From NCBI GenBank assembly GCA_900234795.1, contig LT962688.1, forward strand, positions 2,730,001 through 2,762,000: 32,000 bases of DNA. The letters are read 5' to 3'. This stretch comes from Methylorubrum extorquens. GTDB lineage: Bacteria; Pseudomonadota; Alphaproteobacteria; Rhizobiales; Beijerinckiaceae. Every line of letters begins with the position of its first letter. Positions within the stretch are counted from its first letter, which is position 1. Both the position numbers and the translations under genes were made by a program. Under the pieces are notes generated by a model. It saw nothing but the letters and a program-made list of their open reading frames with translations. It was not told the origin of the DNA and did not search any database. This document shows positions 17,090 to 27,620 of this stretch, piece after piece.

Positions 17090-17203
17090 CTTTCTCCGAC
17101 TCGGCATGAGAACGAAGATAGAACATACCGAATTGGTTAACGAGACCTTACTGGGACCGGTGCGGACTGTGGACATCCCGGCGTGGTGCTCTCCTCCATG
17201 CCG

Positions 17204-17707
17204 TCAGCGCAGGCCGGAGCCGGAGAGCGGGTCGAAATAAGCATCGGTCGGTCTGCGGGAGAAGCCTCCGCCACCGGTGATGCCGGCACCCGCGGGTGCA
17301 CCCCCTTCCCCGCCCGATCCGGGATTGGCGGCCACGTCGTCGAGGGGGCGGCGTCCGAGGGCTCCCGCCCCGCCGCCGGTCGAACGCAATCCGGAACCAC
17401 CGACGGCGGTCGAGGCCGCGCCGCCGAAGCTCAAACCTCCCGCGTTGCCGCCGGACGGTGTGGATGTGCCGAGGCCCGACGCACGGGAGGCGCCGCCGAA
17501 ACTCAAGCCGCCGGGATTGGCAAGCGCCATGGTCGGACTCGGCGATGCGACCGTGGCGACCGACGAAGTCGGGCCGAAGGGAAGGCCGGGCGCGGTGAAG
17601 CCGGAAGGCAGTCCAGCGCCGCCGGATGTCTGAGCAAGAGCCGGCATGCCGCCGAGTCCGACGCCCGAGGCCACGAGGCCAGCCCAGACGGTGCGCATCA
17701 TGGTCAT
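17204..17707 (-). CDS. Secreted glycine/serine/proline-rich low-complexity protein
   Basis: Signal peptide MTMMRTVWAGLVASGVGLGGMPALAQ. Internal near-repeats PGGLSFGGASRASGLG and AGGLSFGGAASTAVGG. No enzymatic motif. Confidence 0.55.
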   Translation of the reverse strand: MTMMRTVWAGLVASGVGLGGMPALAQTSGGAGLPSGFTAPGLPFGPTSSVATVASPSPTMALANPGGLSFGGASRASGLGTSTPSGGNAGGLSFGGAASTAVGGSGLRSTGGGAGALGRRPLDDVAANPGSGGEGGAPAGAGITGGGGFSRRPTDAYFDPLSGSGLR

Positions 17708-17992
17708 GGTGGATTCCCGCTTTCGCGCCGGCCCTCGTCCGCCTGTGCAATCAACGCCGCCTGGGTGTCACGGTTGCCGCGCGTTGCGAGCCCTACGGAA
17801 CCACCACCGCCGGCCCACCGCACCACGGACGGCGAAGCGGAGGTCGTGCCAGGGACGCCAAGATGACGCCGACGCGATCCTTGGATGTAGGCCGAGGCAA
17901 CCTTCGCGGAACGGAGGTGTTGGCGTTCGAGCATCGGTGCCTCGCGCTGGTCCGCTCGTGTCACAGGCAATCTGAAAGAACCGGGGGAAACC

Positions 17993-18505
17993 ATGTCCGT
18001 ATCGCGACGCCGTGAGGAGCGGCTGCTGGATGCCGGTGAGACCGAGTTGGTAAAGCGCTCGCATCACCCCGAGTTGGATGCGGAATACGACAAGGCCCTG
18101 CCCGACTTGATCCGCCTGCTCCGCGAACGCCGCGACCGCGCCCGCGATGTGTCTCGCCGCCAGAGGCGCGAGTTGCGTGGCAAGGCCGCCCCGTCCGGAG
18201 CGAACCCGGCCTCCGACAATTCCGGCACCCACGAGAAGGCGGCTTTGCTCGCCGCGGCCGTGAAGCGTGTCAGCAAGAAGCACGAGCGCCGCCGCATCGC
18301 CGACGCCCGCGGTCGGACGGTCTCCGGGGCCCGCCGTGCCCTCGCTCTGAAACGCGCGGCCGGAAACCCGGCCGATGGCCGACCGTCCTCCCGCACGGCA
18401 AACGAGGGCATGAATCCGGTCCCGAACGAGCGGAACGCCCCCTCGGGCGCGGTAAACCAGGAAGGTCAGGAAATCGCCATGCGCCGCAGCGGCGGCCCGC
18501 GCTGA
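17993..18505 (+). CDS. Hypothetical highly basic (Arg/Lys-rich) protein
   Basis: ATG preceded by GGGGGAAACC. Strong third-position GC bias on this strand, unlike the 263-aa antisense ORF. Followed by a clean hairpin terminator. Confidence 0.55.
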   Translation: MSVSRRREERLLDAGETELVKRSHHPELDAEYDKALPDLIRLLRERRDRARDVSRRQRRELRGKAAPSGANPASDNSGTHEKAALLAAAVKRVSKKHERRRIADARGRTVSGARRALALKRAAGNPADGRPSSRTANEGMNPVPNERNAPSGAVNQEGQEIAMRRSGGPR

Positions 18506-18535
18506 GCGAACGACCCTGTCCAACCCACGCAATAA

Positions 18536-18567
18536 GGGCGTGACCTCTGAGGCGGTCACGCCCTTTT
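18536..18567 (+). terminator. Rho-independent terminator between convergent genes (possibly bidirectional)
   Basis: GGGCGTGACC-tctgaggc-GGTCACGCCC (10-bp perfect stem) followed by TTTT. The complementary strand reads the same stem followed by TTATT, downstream of the convergent ORF that ends at 18592. Confidence 0.65.
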
Positions 18568-18591
18568 CCTATGGGAGGGGCTCCGACGCGC

Positions 18592-18795
18592 CTATTCGTG
18601 CTCTTCCCGGAACACGAGGTAGCTCAACGGCCCTGCACTCAAAAACAGGAGCAGCAGAGTGACGTAGAGGTGGACGCGCAGCGTGGTCAGCGCAGCGTAG
18701 ATGGCTCCAAGTCCGAGGCCGAGCAGAAGAACTCGTAGAATCATGACGGGGGTGAGCTTCCGCATCCAGGGTGCAGGATCTCTGGTATACGGCAC
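18592..18795 (-). CDS. Hypothetical small membrane protein (two predicted TM helices)
   Basis: 67 aa. VMILRVLLLGLGLGAIYAALTTL and VTLLLLFLSAGPLSYLVF are hydrophobic segments. An alternative start exists at M11. Confidence 0.4.
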   Translation of the reverse strand: MPYTRDPAPWMRKLTPVMILRVLLLGLGLGAIYAALTTLRVHLYVTLLLLFLSAGPLSYLVFREEHE

Positions 18796-19004
18796 GCCTC
18801 TGCCTCAGAAGTTCAGCCGAACGAATTCCTCCGGCATCCTTACCGAATTCCACCGGGAAATTCTTTGCGCCCGCGCCGCACGCTGCTAGGCCGAACGCGC
18901 GTGGAGGCCCGTGGAAAACGAAGTGGGCGCGCAGGACCGGGGCATCGAGCCCGATCCTGCACGCCCATCGATGTTCTTAGCCTCGTGGGAGCGATCGCTC
19001 CGGG

Positions 19005-20447
19005 TCAGGTGTGGATCACCCGGCCATACGCATCGAGCACGCTCTCGTGCATCATCTCGGAGAGCGTCGGATGCGGGAACACCGTGTGCATCAGCTCTTC
19101 TTCGGTCGATTCCAGGGTCATCGCGACGACGTAACCCTGGATCAGTTCGGTGACTTCCGCTCCGATCATGTGGGCGCCAAGCAACTGGCCGGTCTTGGCA
19201 TCGAAGATCGTCTTGACGAGACCGTCCGGCTCGCCGAGCGCGATCGCCTTGCCGTTGCCTGCGAACGGGAAGCGGCCGACCTTGATCGAGAGACCAAGCT
19301 CCTTCGCCTTCCCCTCGGTGACGCCGACGCTGGCGATCTGCGGCTGGCAATAGGTGCAGCCCGGGATCTTGGCCTTGTCCATCGGGTGGGTGTGCAGGCC
19401 CTTGATGGTCTCGACGCAGAGGACGCCCTCGTGCTCGGCCTTGTGGGCCAGCATCGGCGGGCCGGCCACATCGCCGATGGCGTAGACGCCCGGCACGTTG
19501 GTGCGTCCGAGCCCGTCGGTCACGACGACGCCGCGCTCGATCTTCACCCCGACCTTCTCGAGACCCAGATTCTCGATATTGCCGACGACGCCGACGGCCG
19601 AGATCAGCTTCTCGGCGGTGAGCTGCTGCGTCTTGCCCTTGTCGTCCTCGACCGTGGCGGTGACCGAGTCGGCGCCCTTCTCGACCTTCGTCACCTTGGC
19701 GCTGGTGAGGATCTTGATGCCCTGCTTTTCGAAACGCTTGCGGGCGAGACCGGCGATCTCCGCATCCTCGACCGGCAGGATCTGCGGCAGCAGCTCGATG
19801 ACGGTCACGTCGGCGCCCATCGTGCGATAAAACGAGGCGAACTCGATGCCGATCGCGCCCGAGCCCATCACCAGCAGGCTCTTGGGCATCTTCTCCGGGA
19901 CCATCGCCTCGTAATAGGTCCAGATCTGCTTCTTGTCGGGCTCGATGCCGGGCAGCACGCGCGGGCGGGCGCCGGTCGCGACGATGATGTGCTTGGCCGC
20001 GTAGGTGCCCGCACCCTTGGCGCCCTTCGGCGGCTCGGCGCGCTTGGTCTCCTTGACCGTGACTTTGCCGGGCTCGTTGCCCTTGGCGCCGGACTCGATC
20101 GAGGCCTCGCCCCAGATCACATCGACCTTGTTCTTCTTCAGCAGCATGCCGACGCCGCCGTTGAGCCGGCCCGACACCCCGCGCGAGCGCTTGACGATCG
20201 CCGCCGCATCGAAGCTGACCTCCTTGGCGGAGAGACCGTAATCGGAGGCGTGCTGCATGTAGTGGTAGATCTCGGCCGAGCGCAGCAGGGCCTTGGTGGG
20301 AATGCAGCCCCAGTTCAGACAGATGCCGCCGAGATGCTCGCGGTCGACCACGGCGGTCTTGAAACCGAGCTGTGCCGAGCGGATCGCGGCCACGTAGCCG
20401 CCGGGCCCCGCGCCGATGATGAGGACGTCATAGGTTTCGGACATCAA
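19005..20447 (-). CDS. lpdA: Dihydrolipoyl dehydrogenase (E3 of the pyruvate dehydrogenase complex)
   Basis: FAD motif IIGAGPGGYVAAIR, redox-active GGICLNWGCIPTK, NAD motif VMGSGAIGIEFA, C-terminal HPTLSE. Confidence 0.95.
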   Translation of the reverse strand: MMSETYDVLIIGAGPGGYVAAIRSAQLGFKTAVVDREHLGGICLNWGCIPTKALLRSAEIYHYMQHASDYGLSAKEVSFDAAAIVKRSRGVSGRLNGGVGMLLKKNKVDVIWGEASIESGAKGNEPGKVTVKETKRAEPPKGAKGAGTYAAKHIIVATGARPRVLPGIEPDKKQIWTYYEAMVPEKMPKSLLVMGSGAIGIEFASFYRTMGADVTVIELLPQILPVEDAEIAGLARKRFEKQGIKILTSAKVTKVEKGADSVTATVEDDKGKTQQLTAEKLISAVGVVGNIENLGLEKVGVKIERGVVVTDGLGRTNVPGVYAIGDVAGPPMLAHKAEHEGVLCVETIKGLHTHPMDKAKIPGCTYCQPQIASVGVTEGKAKELGLSIKVGRFPFAGNGKAIALGEPDGLVKTIFDAKTGQLLGAHMIGAEVTELIQGYVVAMTLESTEEELMHTVFPHPTLSEMMHESVLDAYGRVIHT

Positions 20448-20457
20448 GACCTCCTGC

Positions 20458-20482
20458 TCCCCTCCCGCTTGTGGGGAGGGGG
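20458..20482. repeat. GC-rich REP-like hairpin in the pdhC-lpd spacer
   Basis: CCCCTCCC-gcttgtg-GGGAGGGG (8 bp plus a flanking G:U), followed by GGTGAGAGTGAGGGTCGGG. On the coding (minus) strand it sits just upstream of the lpd AGGAGG Shine-Dalgarno. Confidence 0.4.
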
Positions 20483-20606
20483 TGAGAGTGAGGGTCGGGC
20501 GGCTCGGCCGGCGGTGACGGACGGGATCACGAAAGCAATCGGCTCGCGCCGGTTCGCCATCCCGCTCGCCCCGCGCATCGTGAGAGACGGTTCGGGTCGA
20601 CGGCCC

Positions 20607-22019
20607 TTAGACGAGCATCCCCATCGGGTTCTCGATCAGTCCCTTGAAGGCGGCGATCAGCTCGGCGCCGAGCGCGCCGTCGAGGACGCGGTGATCGCAG
20701 GAGAGGGTCGCCGTCATCACCTGGGCAACAGTCGGCTGCCCGTCCTTCACCACGACGCGCTTCTCACCCGCGCCGACCGCGAGGATGCTCGATTGCGGCG
20801 GGTTGATCACCGCTGTGAAGTGCTTGATGCCGAACATGCCGAGGTTCGACACCGAGGTGACGCCGCCCTGGTACTCTTCCGGCTTCAGCTTCTTGGCGCG
20901 CGCCCGGCCTGCGAAATCCTTCATCTCGTTGGAGATGGTGGAGAGCGTCTTCTGGTCGGCCTTGCGGATCACCGGGGTGAACAGGCCGCCATCGATCGCC
21001 ACCGCGACACCGACCTCGGCGTGCTTGAAGCGCAGGATGCGGTCCTCCGCCCAGACGGCGTTGGCGGCGGGGACGCGGGTGAGCGCGAGGCCCATCGCCT
21101 TGATGACGAAGTCGTTGACCGAGAGCTTGAACAGCGGCTTGCCGTCCTTGTCCTTGCCGGCCGAGCCGTTGAGCGTCTCGCGCAGCTTCATCAGCGCATC
21201 GAGTTCGCAATCGACGGTGAGGTAGAAGTGCGGCGCGACCTGCATGGCCTCGGTGAGGCGCTTGGCGATGGTCTTGCGCATGCCGTCGAGCGGCACTTCC
21301 TCGAAGCCGTCCTTCTCGTAGAAGCCCTTGACCTGATCGAGGCTGAGCCCGGCCGGGGCGCCGCCCGCGGCGGCCGCCTTCGGCGCGGATTTCTCAGGCG
21401 CCGGAGCACTCTTGGCCTCCGACTTGGCCTCGGGCTTGGCCGCCGCACCGGCCTTCGCCGTGCCGTTCTCGATCGCCGCCTGCACGTCGCGCTGGATCAC
21501 GCGGCCATGCGGACCCGAGCCCTTCACCACGGAGAGATCGACGCCTTCCTGCTTCGCGATTCGGCGCGCGAGCGGCGAAGCGAAGACGCGATCGCCTGAG
21601 CCTGCCGGCTGCGCCGCGCCGTTCGGCTTGGCACCCTCGGGCACCTGATCGACGCGCGCGTAGGAGGCGTGAGAGCCATCGGGCGCGGCATTCTGGTCGG
21701 GCGTGCCCTTCGGCTCGACGGGGGCGGTCTTCGCCTCGGCACCACCCTTGGGCGCCTGGACGCTGCCCGGATCCTCGCCCTCTTCGGCGATCAGCGCGAT
21801 CAGCTCATTGACCGGAACGTCGGCGGTGCCTTCGGCCACCAGGATCTTGGCGAGCACGCCCTCATCGACCGCCTCGACCTCCATGGTGGCCTTGTCGGTC
21901 TCGATCTCGGCGATGACGTCGCCAGACTTGATGGCGTCGCCCTCCTTCTTGAGCCACTTGGCGAGGTTGCCCTTCTCCATGGTCGGGGAGAGCGCGGGCA
22001 TCAGGACGTTGATCGGCAT
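20607..22019 (-). CDS. pdhC: Pyruvate dehydrogenase E2, dihydrolipoamide acetyltransferase
   Basis: N-terminal lipoyl domain ([12 protein letters not shown]), Ala/Pro-rich linker, E3-binding ASPLARRIA, catalytic LSCDHRVLDGA. Confidence 0.95.
   Translation of the reverse strand: MPINVLMPALSPTMEKGNLAKWLKKEGDAIKSGDVIAEIETDKATMEVEAVDEGVLAKILVAEGTADVPVNELIALIAEEGEDPGSVQAPKGGAEAKTAPVEPKGTPDQNAAPDGSHASYARVDQVPEGAKPNGAAQPAGSGDRVFASPLARRIAKQEGVDLSVVKGSGPHGRVIQRDVQAAIENGTAKAGAAAKPEAKSEAKSAPAPEKSAPKAAAAGGAPAGLSLDQVKGFYEKDGFEEVPLDGMRKTIAKRLTEAMQVAPHFYLTVDCELDALMKLRETLNGSAGKDKDGKPLFKLSVNDFVIKAMGLALTRVPAANAVWAEDRILRFKHAEVGVAVAIDGGLFTPVIRKADQKTLSTISNEMKDFAGRARAKKLKPEEYQGGVTSVSNLGMFGIKHFTAVINPPQSSILAVGAGEKRVVVKDGQPTVAQVMTATLSCDHRVLDGALGAELIAAFKGLIENPMGMLV
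21780..22019 (-). repeat. Lipoyl-domain coding repeat, copy 1 (in pdhC)
   Basis: By eye, its DNA and protein are highly similar to 23551-23790 (for example CCATGGTCGGGGAGAGCGCGGGCATCAGGA vs CCATGGTCGGAGAAAGGGCGGGCATCAGGA). Confidence 0.8.
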
Positions 22020-22052
22020 CGTATCGTTCCCGAGCGGCCTTGAGAGGAAGGG

Positions 22053-22331
22053 TCAGTTGAGGGCGTTGTTGGGATCGAGGCTTTCCGCCTCCCACCCGGC
22101 ACGGATGCGCTCGAAGGCTTCCTCCTCCGAGATGTCCGTTTCCATCGCGTAGGCGCGGGCGGCTTGCCGCGCGAGGTCGATGAGCAGGCGGCCCCAGGTC
22201 GCCGGGTCGTCAAAGGCCCGCCGGAGCGCCACGCTCACGGCGCCGTCGACGATGGAGGCGCGCACGATCTCGATCCCGCCCTGTTCCAGGGCGTCGGGCG
22301 GGATCTCAAGTTCTTCGAATGTTTCCGACAT
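22053..22331 (-). CDS. Small acidic conserved hypothetical protein embedded in the pdh operon (possibly DUF5076-like)
   Basis: 92 aa (MSETFEELEIPPDALEQGGIEIVRASIVDGAVSVAL...). 10 nt downstream of the pdhB stop and 33 nt upstream of the pdhC start, same strand. The family assignment is from memory only. Confidence 0.6.
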   Translation of the reverse strand: MSETFEELEIPPDALEQGGIEIVRASIVDGAVSVALRRAFDDPATWGRLLIDLARQAARAYAMETDISEEEAFERIRAGWEAESLDPNNALN

Positions 22332-22341
22332 TTACCTGTAT

Positions 22342-23790
22342 TTATTTGTAGCAGACGCTTTTGACCGCTTCGATGACATCAGCCACGCTGGGCAGGGCGA
22401 GCTTCTCGAGATTGGCCGCGTAGGGCATCGGCACGTCCTTGCCGGTGACCCGCAGGACGGGCGCATCGAGATAGTCGAAGGCATCGACCATCAGGCGGGC
22501 GACGATCTCGGCGCCGACGCCCGATTGCGGGAAGCCTTCTTCCACGCAGACGCAGCGGCCGGTCTTCTTGACCGATTCGACAACCGTGGCGCTGTCCATC
22601 GGGCGGATCGTGCGGAGGTCGATCACCTCCGCCTCGATGCCCTCCTCGGCCAGCGCCTGGGCCGCCTTGAGGGCGTAGGTCATGCCGATCGAGAAGGAGA
22701 CGATGGTGACGTCCTTGCCCGGACGGTGGACGCGCGCCTTGCCGATCGGCAGGACGAAATCCTCGATCTCCGGTACCGGGAAGGACTGACCGTAGAGAAT
22801 CTCGTTCTCGAGGAAGATCACCGGGTTGGGGTCGCGGATCGCCGCCTTGAGCAGGCCCTTGGCGTCGGAAGCGGTGTAGGGCGCGATCACCTTGAGGCCC
22901 GGCACGTTCGAGTACCACGCGGCGTAGTCGTGGCTGTGCTGAGCGCCGACACGAGCCGCTGCGCCGTTGGGGCCACGGAACACGATCGGGCAACCGAGCT
23001 GGCCACCGGACATGTAGAGCGTCTTGGCCGCCGAGTTGATGATGTGATCGATCGCCTGCATGGCGAAGTTGAAGGTCATGAACTCGACGATGGGCTTGAG
23101 GCCCATGAAGGCCGCACCGACGCCGATACCGGCAAAGCCGTGCTCCGTGATCGGCGTATCGACGACGCGGCGCGCGCCGAACTCCTGAAGCAATCCTTGC
23201 GTGATCTTGTAGGCGCCCTGGTACTCGGCGACCTCCTCGCCCATCACGAGGACCTTGTCGTCCTTGCGCATCTCCTCGGCCATGGCGTCGCGCAGGGCTT
23301 CGCGCACGGTCGTGGTCTTCATCGGCGAGTCGGCCGGGAACTCCTCCATCACCGGGTCCGGCGCCTTGTTGGTGATGATGGCGGGTGAGGCCGGGGCCTT
23401 CTGCGCATCGTCGCCGGTCTTGGCGGTGGCGGCCGAGGTGTCGGCCATGCCTTCGGCCTGCATGTCGGGGGTCGGAGCCGGCGCGCCGCCAGCGGCGCCG
23501 TCCGGCTTGCCCTTGCCGCCGCTCGCGGCCGCCGCGGCTACGTCCTCGCCCTCTTCGGCAATGATCGCGATCGGCGTGTTCACGGCGACGTTCTCGGTGC
23601 CGTCGGCAACGAGGATCTTGGCGAGGACGCCCTCGTCGATCGCCTCGACCTCCATCGTCGCCTTATCGGTTTCGATCTCGGCCAGGATGTCGCCGGCCTT
23701 GACCGGATCGCCCTCCTTTTTCAGCCATTTGGCGAGCTTTCCCTCCTCCATGGTCGGAGAAAGGGCGGGCATCAGGATGTCGGTCGCCAT
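22342..23790 (-). CDS. pdhB: Pyruvate dehydrogenase E1 beta subunit with N-terminal lipoyl domain
   Basis: N-terminal lipoyl domain ([13 protein letters not shown]), linker, then the transketolase-like E1-beta core ([43 protein letters not shown]). Confidence 0.95.
   Translation of the reverse strand: MATDILMPALSPTMEEGKLAKWLKKEGDPVKAGDILAEIETDKATMEVEAIDEGVLAKILVADGTENVAVNTPIAIIAEEGEDVAAAAASGGKGKPDGAAGGAPAPTPDMQAEGMADTSAATAKTGDDAQKAPASPAIITNKAPDPVMEEFPADSPMKTTTVREALRDAMAEEMRKDDKVLVMGEEVAEYQGAYKITQGLLQEFGARRVVDTPITEHGFAGIGVGAAFMGLKPIVEFMTFNFAMQAIDHIINSAAKTLYMSGGQLGCPIVFRGPNGAAARVGAQHSHDYAAWYSNVPGLKVIAPYTASDAKGLLKAAIRDPNPVIFLENEILYGQSFPVPEIEDFVLPIGKARVHRPGKDVTIVSFSIGMTYALKAAQALAEEGIEAEVIDLRTIRPMDSATVVESVKKTGRCVCVEEGFPQSGVGAEIVARLMVDAFDYLDAPVLRVTGKDVPMPYAANLEKLALPSVADVIEAVKSVCYK
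23551..23790 (-). repeat. Lipoyl-domain coding repeat, copy 2 (in pdhB)
   Basis: Direct-orientation partner of 21780-22019. See that entry. Confidence 0.8.
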
Positions 23791-23896
23791 ATGCGCTGCT
23801 CTATCGATCCGGGTGCGTCGACGGTCGGGCGTGTTTTTGTCGAATGCGTCGCTGAGACCCCCCCGGGCCGAGACGGCGCGGGGGGCAGGGACACAT

Positions 23897-24946
23897 TCAG
23901 GCGCGGGCTTCGAGAAGGATGTCGGTCCAGAGTTCCGACGGATCGGGCTCGGGATCGTGGGTCGCGAAATCCGCCGACTCGTTGACGATCTCGCGGACCT
24001 TGGCGTCGATGCTCTTCAGCTCCGCCTCGGGCACGCCGTGCGCCTCGAGCAGGCGCTTGCGCACCATCTCGATCGGATCGTGCTCGTCGCGCATCTTCGA
24101 GACCTCGTCCTTGGTCCGGTACTTGGCCGGATCGGACATCGAGTGGCCGCGATAGCGGTAGGTCTGCATCTCGAGGATGTAGGGGCCCTCTCCCGAACGG
24201 GCGTGGTTGATGGCCCGCGCCGCGGCTTCGCGAACCGTGCGCACGTCCATGCCGTCCACCTGCTCGCCGGGGATGCCGAACGACAGGCCGCGCTTCGAGA
24301 AGTCCGTCTGCGCCGAGGCGCGGGCCACCGACGTGCCCATGGCGTAGCGGTTGTTCTCGATCACGTAGACCACCGGCAGCTTCCACAGAGCCGCCATGTT
24401 GAAGCTCTCGTAGACCTGGCCCTGGTTGGCCGCGCCGTCGCCCATATAGGTGAAGCTGACCTTGCCATTCTTGAGATAGGCGTCGGCGAAGGCGAGGCCG
24501 GTGCCGAGCGCGACCTGCGCGCCGACGATGCCGTGGCCGCCGAAGAACTGCTTCTCGCGGCTGAACATGTGCATCGAGCCGCCCTTGCCGCGGGAATAGC
24601 CTCCGCGGCGTCCGGTCAACTCGGCCATCACGCCCTTGGGGTCCATGCCGCAGGCGAGCATGTGGCCGTGGTCGCGATAGCCGGTGATGTTCTGGTCACC
24701 GTCCTCGCCAGCCATCTGCATGCCGACGACTACGGCTTCCTGACCGATATAGAGGTGACAGAAGCCGCCGATCAGACCCATGCCGTAGAGCTGACCCGCC
24801 TTCTCCTCGAAGCGACGGATACTCAGCATCTCGCGGTAGGCGTGAAGGTCTTCGTCCTTGGTGAACTGCGGAATATTCGGTGCCGGCCGATGTTGCGGCG
24901 CGTCTGTTTCCGCCGCAGGTTTCCCCGCCTCGCTGCCCGCACCCAT
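23897..24946 (-). CDS. pdhA: Pyruvate dehydrogenase E1 alpha subunit
   Basis: [10 protein letters not shown], ThDP-binding [42 protein letters not shown]. Confidence 0.95.
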   Translation of the reverse strand: MGAGSEAGKPAAETDAPQHRPAPNIPQFTKDEDLHAYREMLSIRRFEEKAGQLYGMGLIGGFCHLYIGQEAVVVGMQMAGEDGDQNITGYRDHGHMLACGMDPKGVMAELTGRRGGYSRGKGGSMHMFSREKQFFGGHGIVGAQVALGTGLAFADAYLKNGKVSFTYMGDGAANQGQVYESFNMAALWKLPVVYVIENNRYAMGTSVARASAQTDFSKRGLSFGIPGEQVDGMDVRTVREAAARAINHARSGEGPYILEMQTYRYRGHSMSDPAKYRTKDEVSKMRDEHDPIEMVRKRLLEAHGVPEAELKSIDAKVREIVNESADFATHDPEPDPSELWTDILLEARA

Positions 24947-25025
24947 CGGTGTCCTCCCGCAATCGCGTTGTTGCAGAGGGTTCTAGGGCAGCGAATTACG
25001 GAAATCGAGGGGCGGGCTGACAGCC

Positions 25026-25054
25026 ATCAAATGCTGTTACCGTCACGGTTGCAA
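25026..25054 (-). promoter_or_regulatory. Candidate sigma70-type promoter for pdhA
   Basis: The minus strand reads TTGCAA-17 nt-TTTGAT within the unusually AT-rich ftsB-pdhA spacer, about 80 nt upstream of the pdhA ATG. A match by eye only. Confidence 0.25.
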
Positions 25055-25121
25055 CGGAGGATAAATCGGAAGGACAGTGCAAATGAATATTTATCGCGTT
25101 TAGTCTTGCGGAAATAAAAAT

Positions 25122-25433
25122 TTATGGGCCGATGATAACGAGGTCATTGGCGTGGACGCGGCCGAGCACGACGCGGGCCCGCTCTTCCAGAAGGTCGCGG
25201 TCGATCTGTTCGCTCCGCAACAGCGAGACCCGGTGTTCCCAGGTCGCCCGCTCGGCCTTGGCGGCGTTCAATTCCTGGGTCAGCCCGTAGGCCTCGACCT
25301 TGAGGACGCGTTTGGCTTCGAGGCCGCGGCTGCCGCTCTCGGCTTGATGCACGAAGTAGCCCACGACGAGAGCCGAGACCGTCCAGAGGACGGCGGGGAC
25401 GACGATGGCGCGGACGCGGCGACGAATGACCAT
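25122..25433 (-). CDS. ftsB: Septum formation initiator (FtsB/DivIC-like)
   Basis: 103 aa from an internal ATG. One TM (AIVVPAVLWTVSALVVGYFV) followed by a coiled-coil region. Conserved position between eno and pdhA. Confidence 0.75.
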   Translation of the reverse strand: MVIRRRVRAIVVPAVLWTVSALVVGYFVHQAESGSRGLEAKRVLKVEAYGLTQELNAAKAERATWEHRVSLLRSEQIDRDLLEERARVVLGRVHANDLVIIGP

Positions 25434-25568
25434 GGCAACTCGGAGCTTCGCCCGAACAAGGTGAAGAAAGCGTTTCCGCGCGGCGCAATCGCACGCCCTC
25501 GGTCTCCACAAACGAAAAACGCGCGGCGGACCCTTCGGGCCTGCCGCGCGTCGATCTTTCAGAAGCGA

Positions 25569-26945
<1,377 letters not shown>

Positions 26946-27149
26946 TTATCCGCCAACCTCGGGATACGGGCAAGCACCCGGCCGGCTCCAGGGGTCAAAC
27001 ACATTTCACAAAGTCCGTCCGGCACCACAATTTTCTTGGACGGCACGGTTTCCGGGACCGGTCCTTGGTCCAGTTCGGTTGATCGGGGAGAATCCCTGGC
27101 ATTCTCCCGGCGCCATAGGCGCCAGGGGTGTTGCCGGGTATAGGCCCCC

Positions 27150-27611
27150 ATGGATTCGATCGAGACCCACGCCAAGCAACTCGGGCAGCAGACGCCGCTG
27201 CCGGCCTCGCCCGAGGCCGCACAGCTCGACCGCGTGCCCAACCCCCATGCCGACACCGATTACCTCGCCCGCTTCACCGCGCCGGAATTCACCTCGCTCT
27301 GCCCGGTGACAGGCCAGCCGGATTTCGCGACGCTCGTCATCGACTACGTGCCGGATCGCTGGCTCGTGGAGTCGAAATCGCTGAAGCTCTACCTCGGCGC
27401 CTTCCGCAACCACGGCGCCTTCCACGAGGATTGCACCGTCGGCATCGGGCGGCGGCTCGTCGCATTGCTCGAACCGCGCTGGCTGCGCATCGGCGGCTAC
27501 TGGTATCCGCGCGGCGGCATTCCGATCGACGTGTTCTGGCAGACGGGTGAGCCCTTGAAATCCGTCTGGCTTCCGGACCAGGGGGTCGCGCCCTATCGCG
27601 GCCGGGGCTGA
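27150..27611 (+). CDS. queF: NADPH-dependent 7-cyano-7-deazaguanine (preQ0) reductase, unimodular type
   Basis: 153 aa. [15 protein letters not shown] (catalytic Cys motif), [11 protein letters not shown] motif (FHEDC). Confidence 0.9.
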   Translation: MDSIETHAKQLGQQTPLPASPEAAQLDRVPNPHADTDYLARFTAPEFTSLCPVTGQPDFATLVIDYVPDRWLVESKSLKLYLGAFRNHGAFHEDCTVGIGRRLVALLEPRWLRIGGYWYPRGGIPIDVFWQTGEPLKSVWLPDQGVAPYRGRG

Positions 27612-27620
27612 GCGACTGCG

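Noticed and set aside
17768-18559. 263-aa minus-strand ORF overlapping the basic-protein gene.
   Set aside because: The plus-strand frame has the stronger third-position GC bias, a plausible RBS and a terminator placed correctly for the plus-strand gene. The minus-strand ORF would also run through that terminator hairpin.
19011-21599. 862-aa plus-strand ORF spanning lpd and pdhC. Similar long ORFs occur at 22180-23388, 23255-25117, 25764-27143, 29439-30749, 12211-13287, 13409-14101 and 10296-11108 (plus strand), and at 1036-2658, 14714-15706 and 6464-7603 (minus strand).
   Set aside because: These are mirror-strand ORFs typical of high-GC DNA. Their translations are Arg/Gly/Ala/Asp-rich low-complexity strings with no motifs. 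The opposite strand in each case encodes a protein with unmistakable family signatures.
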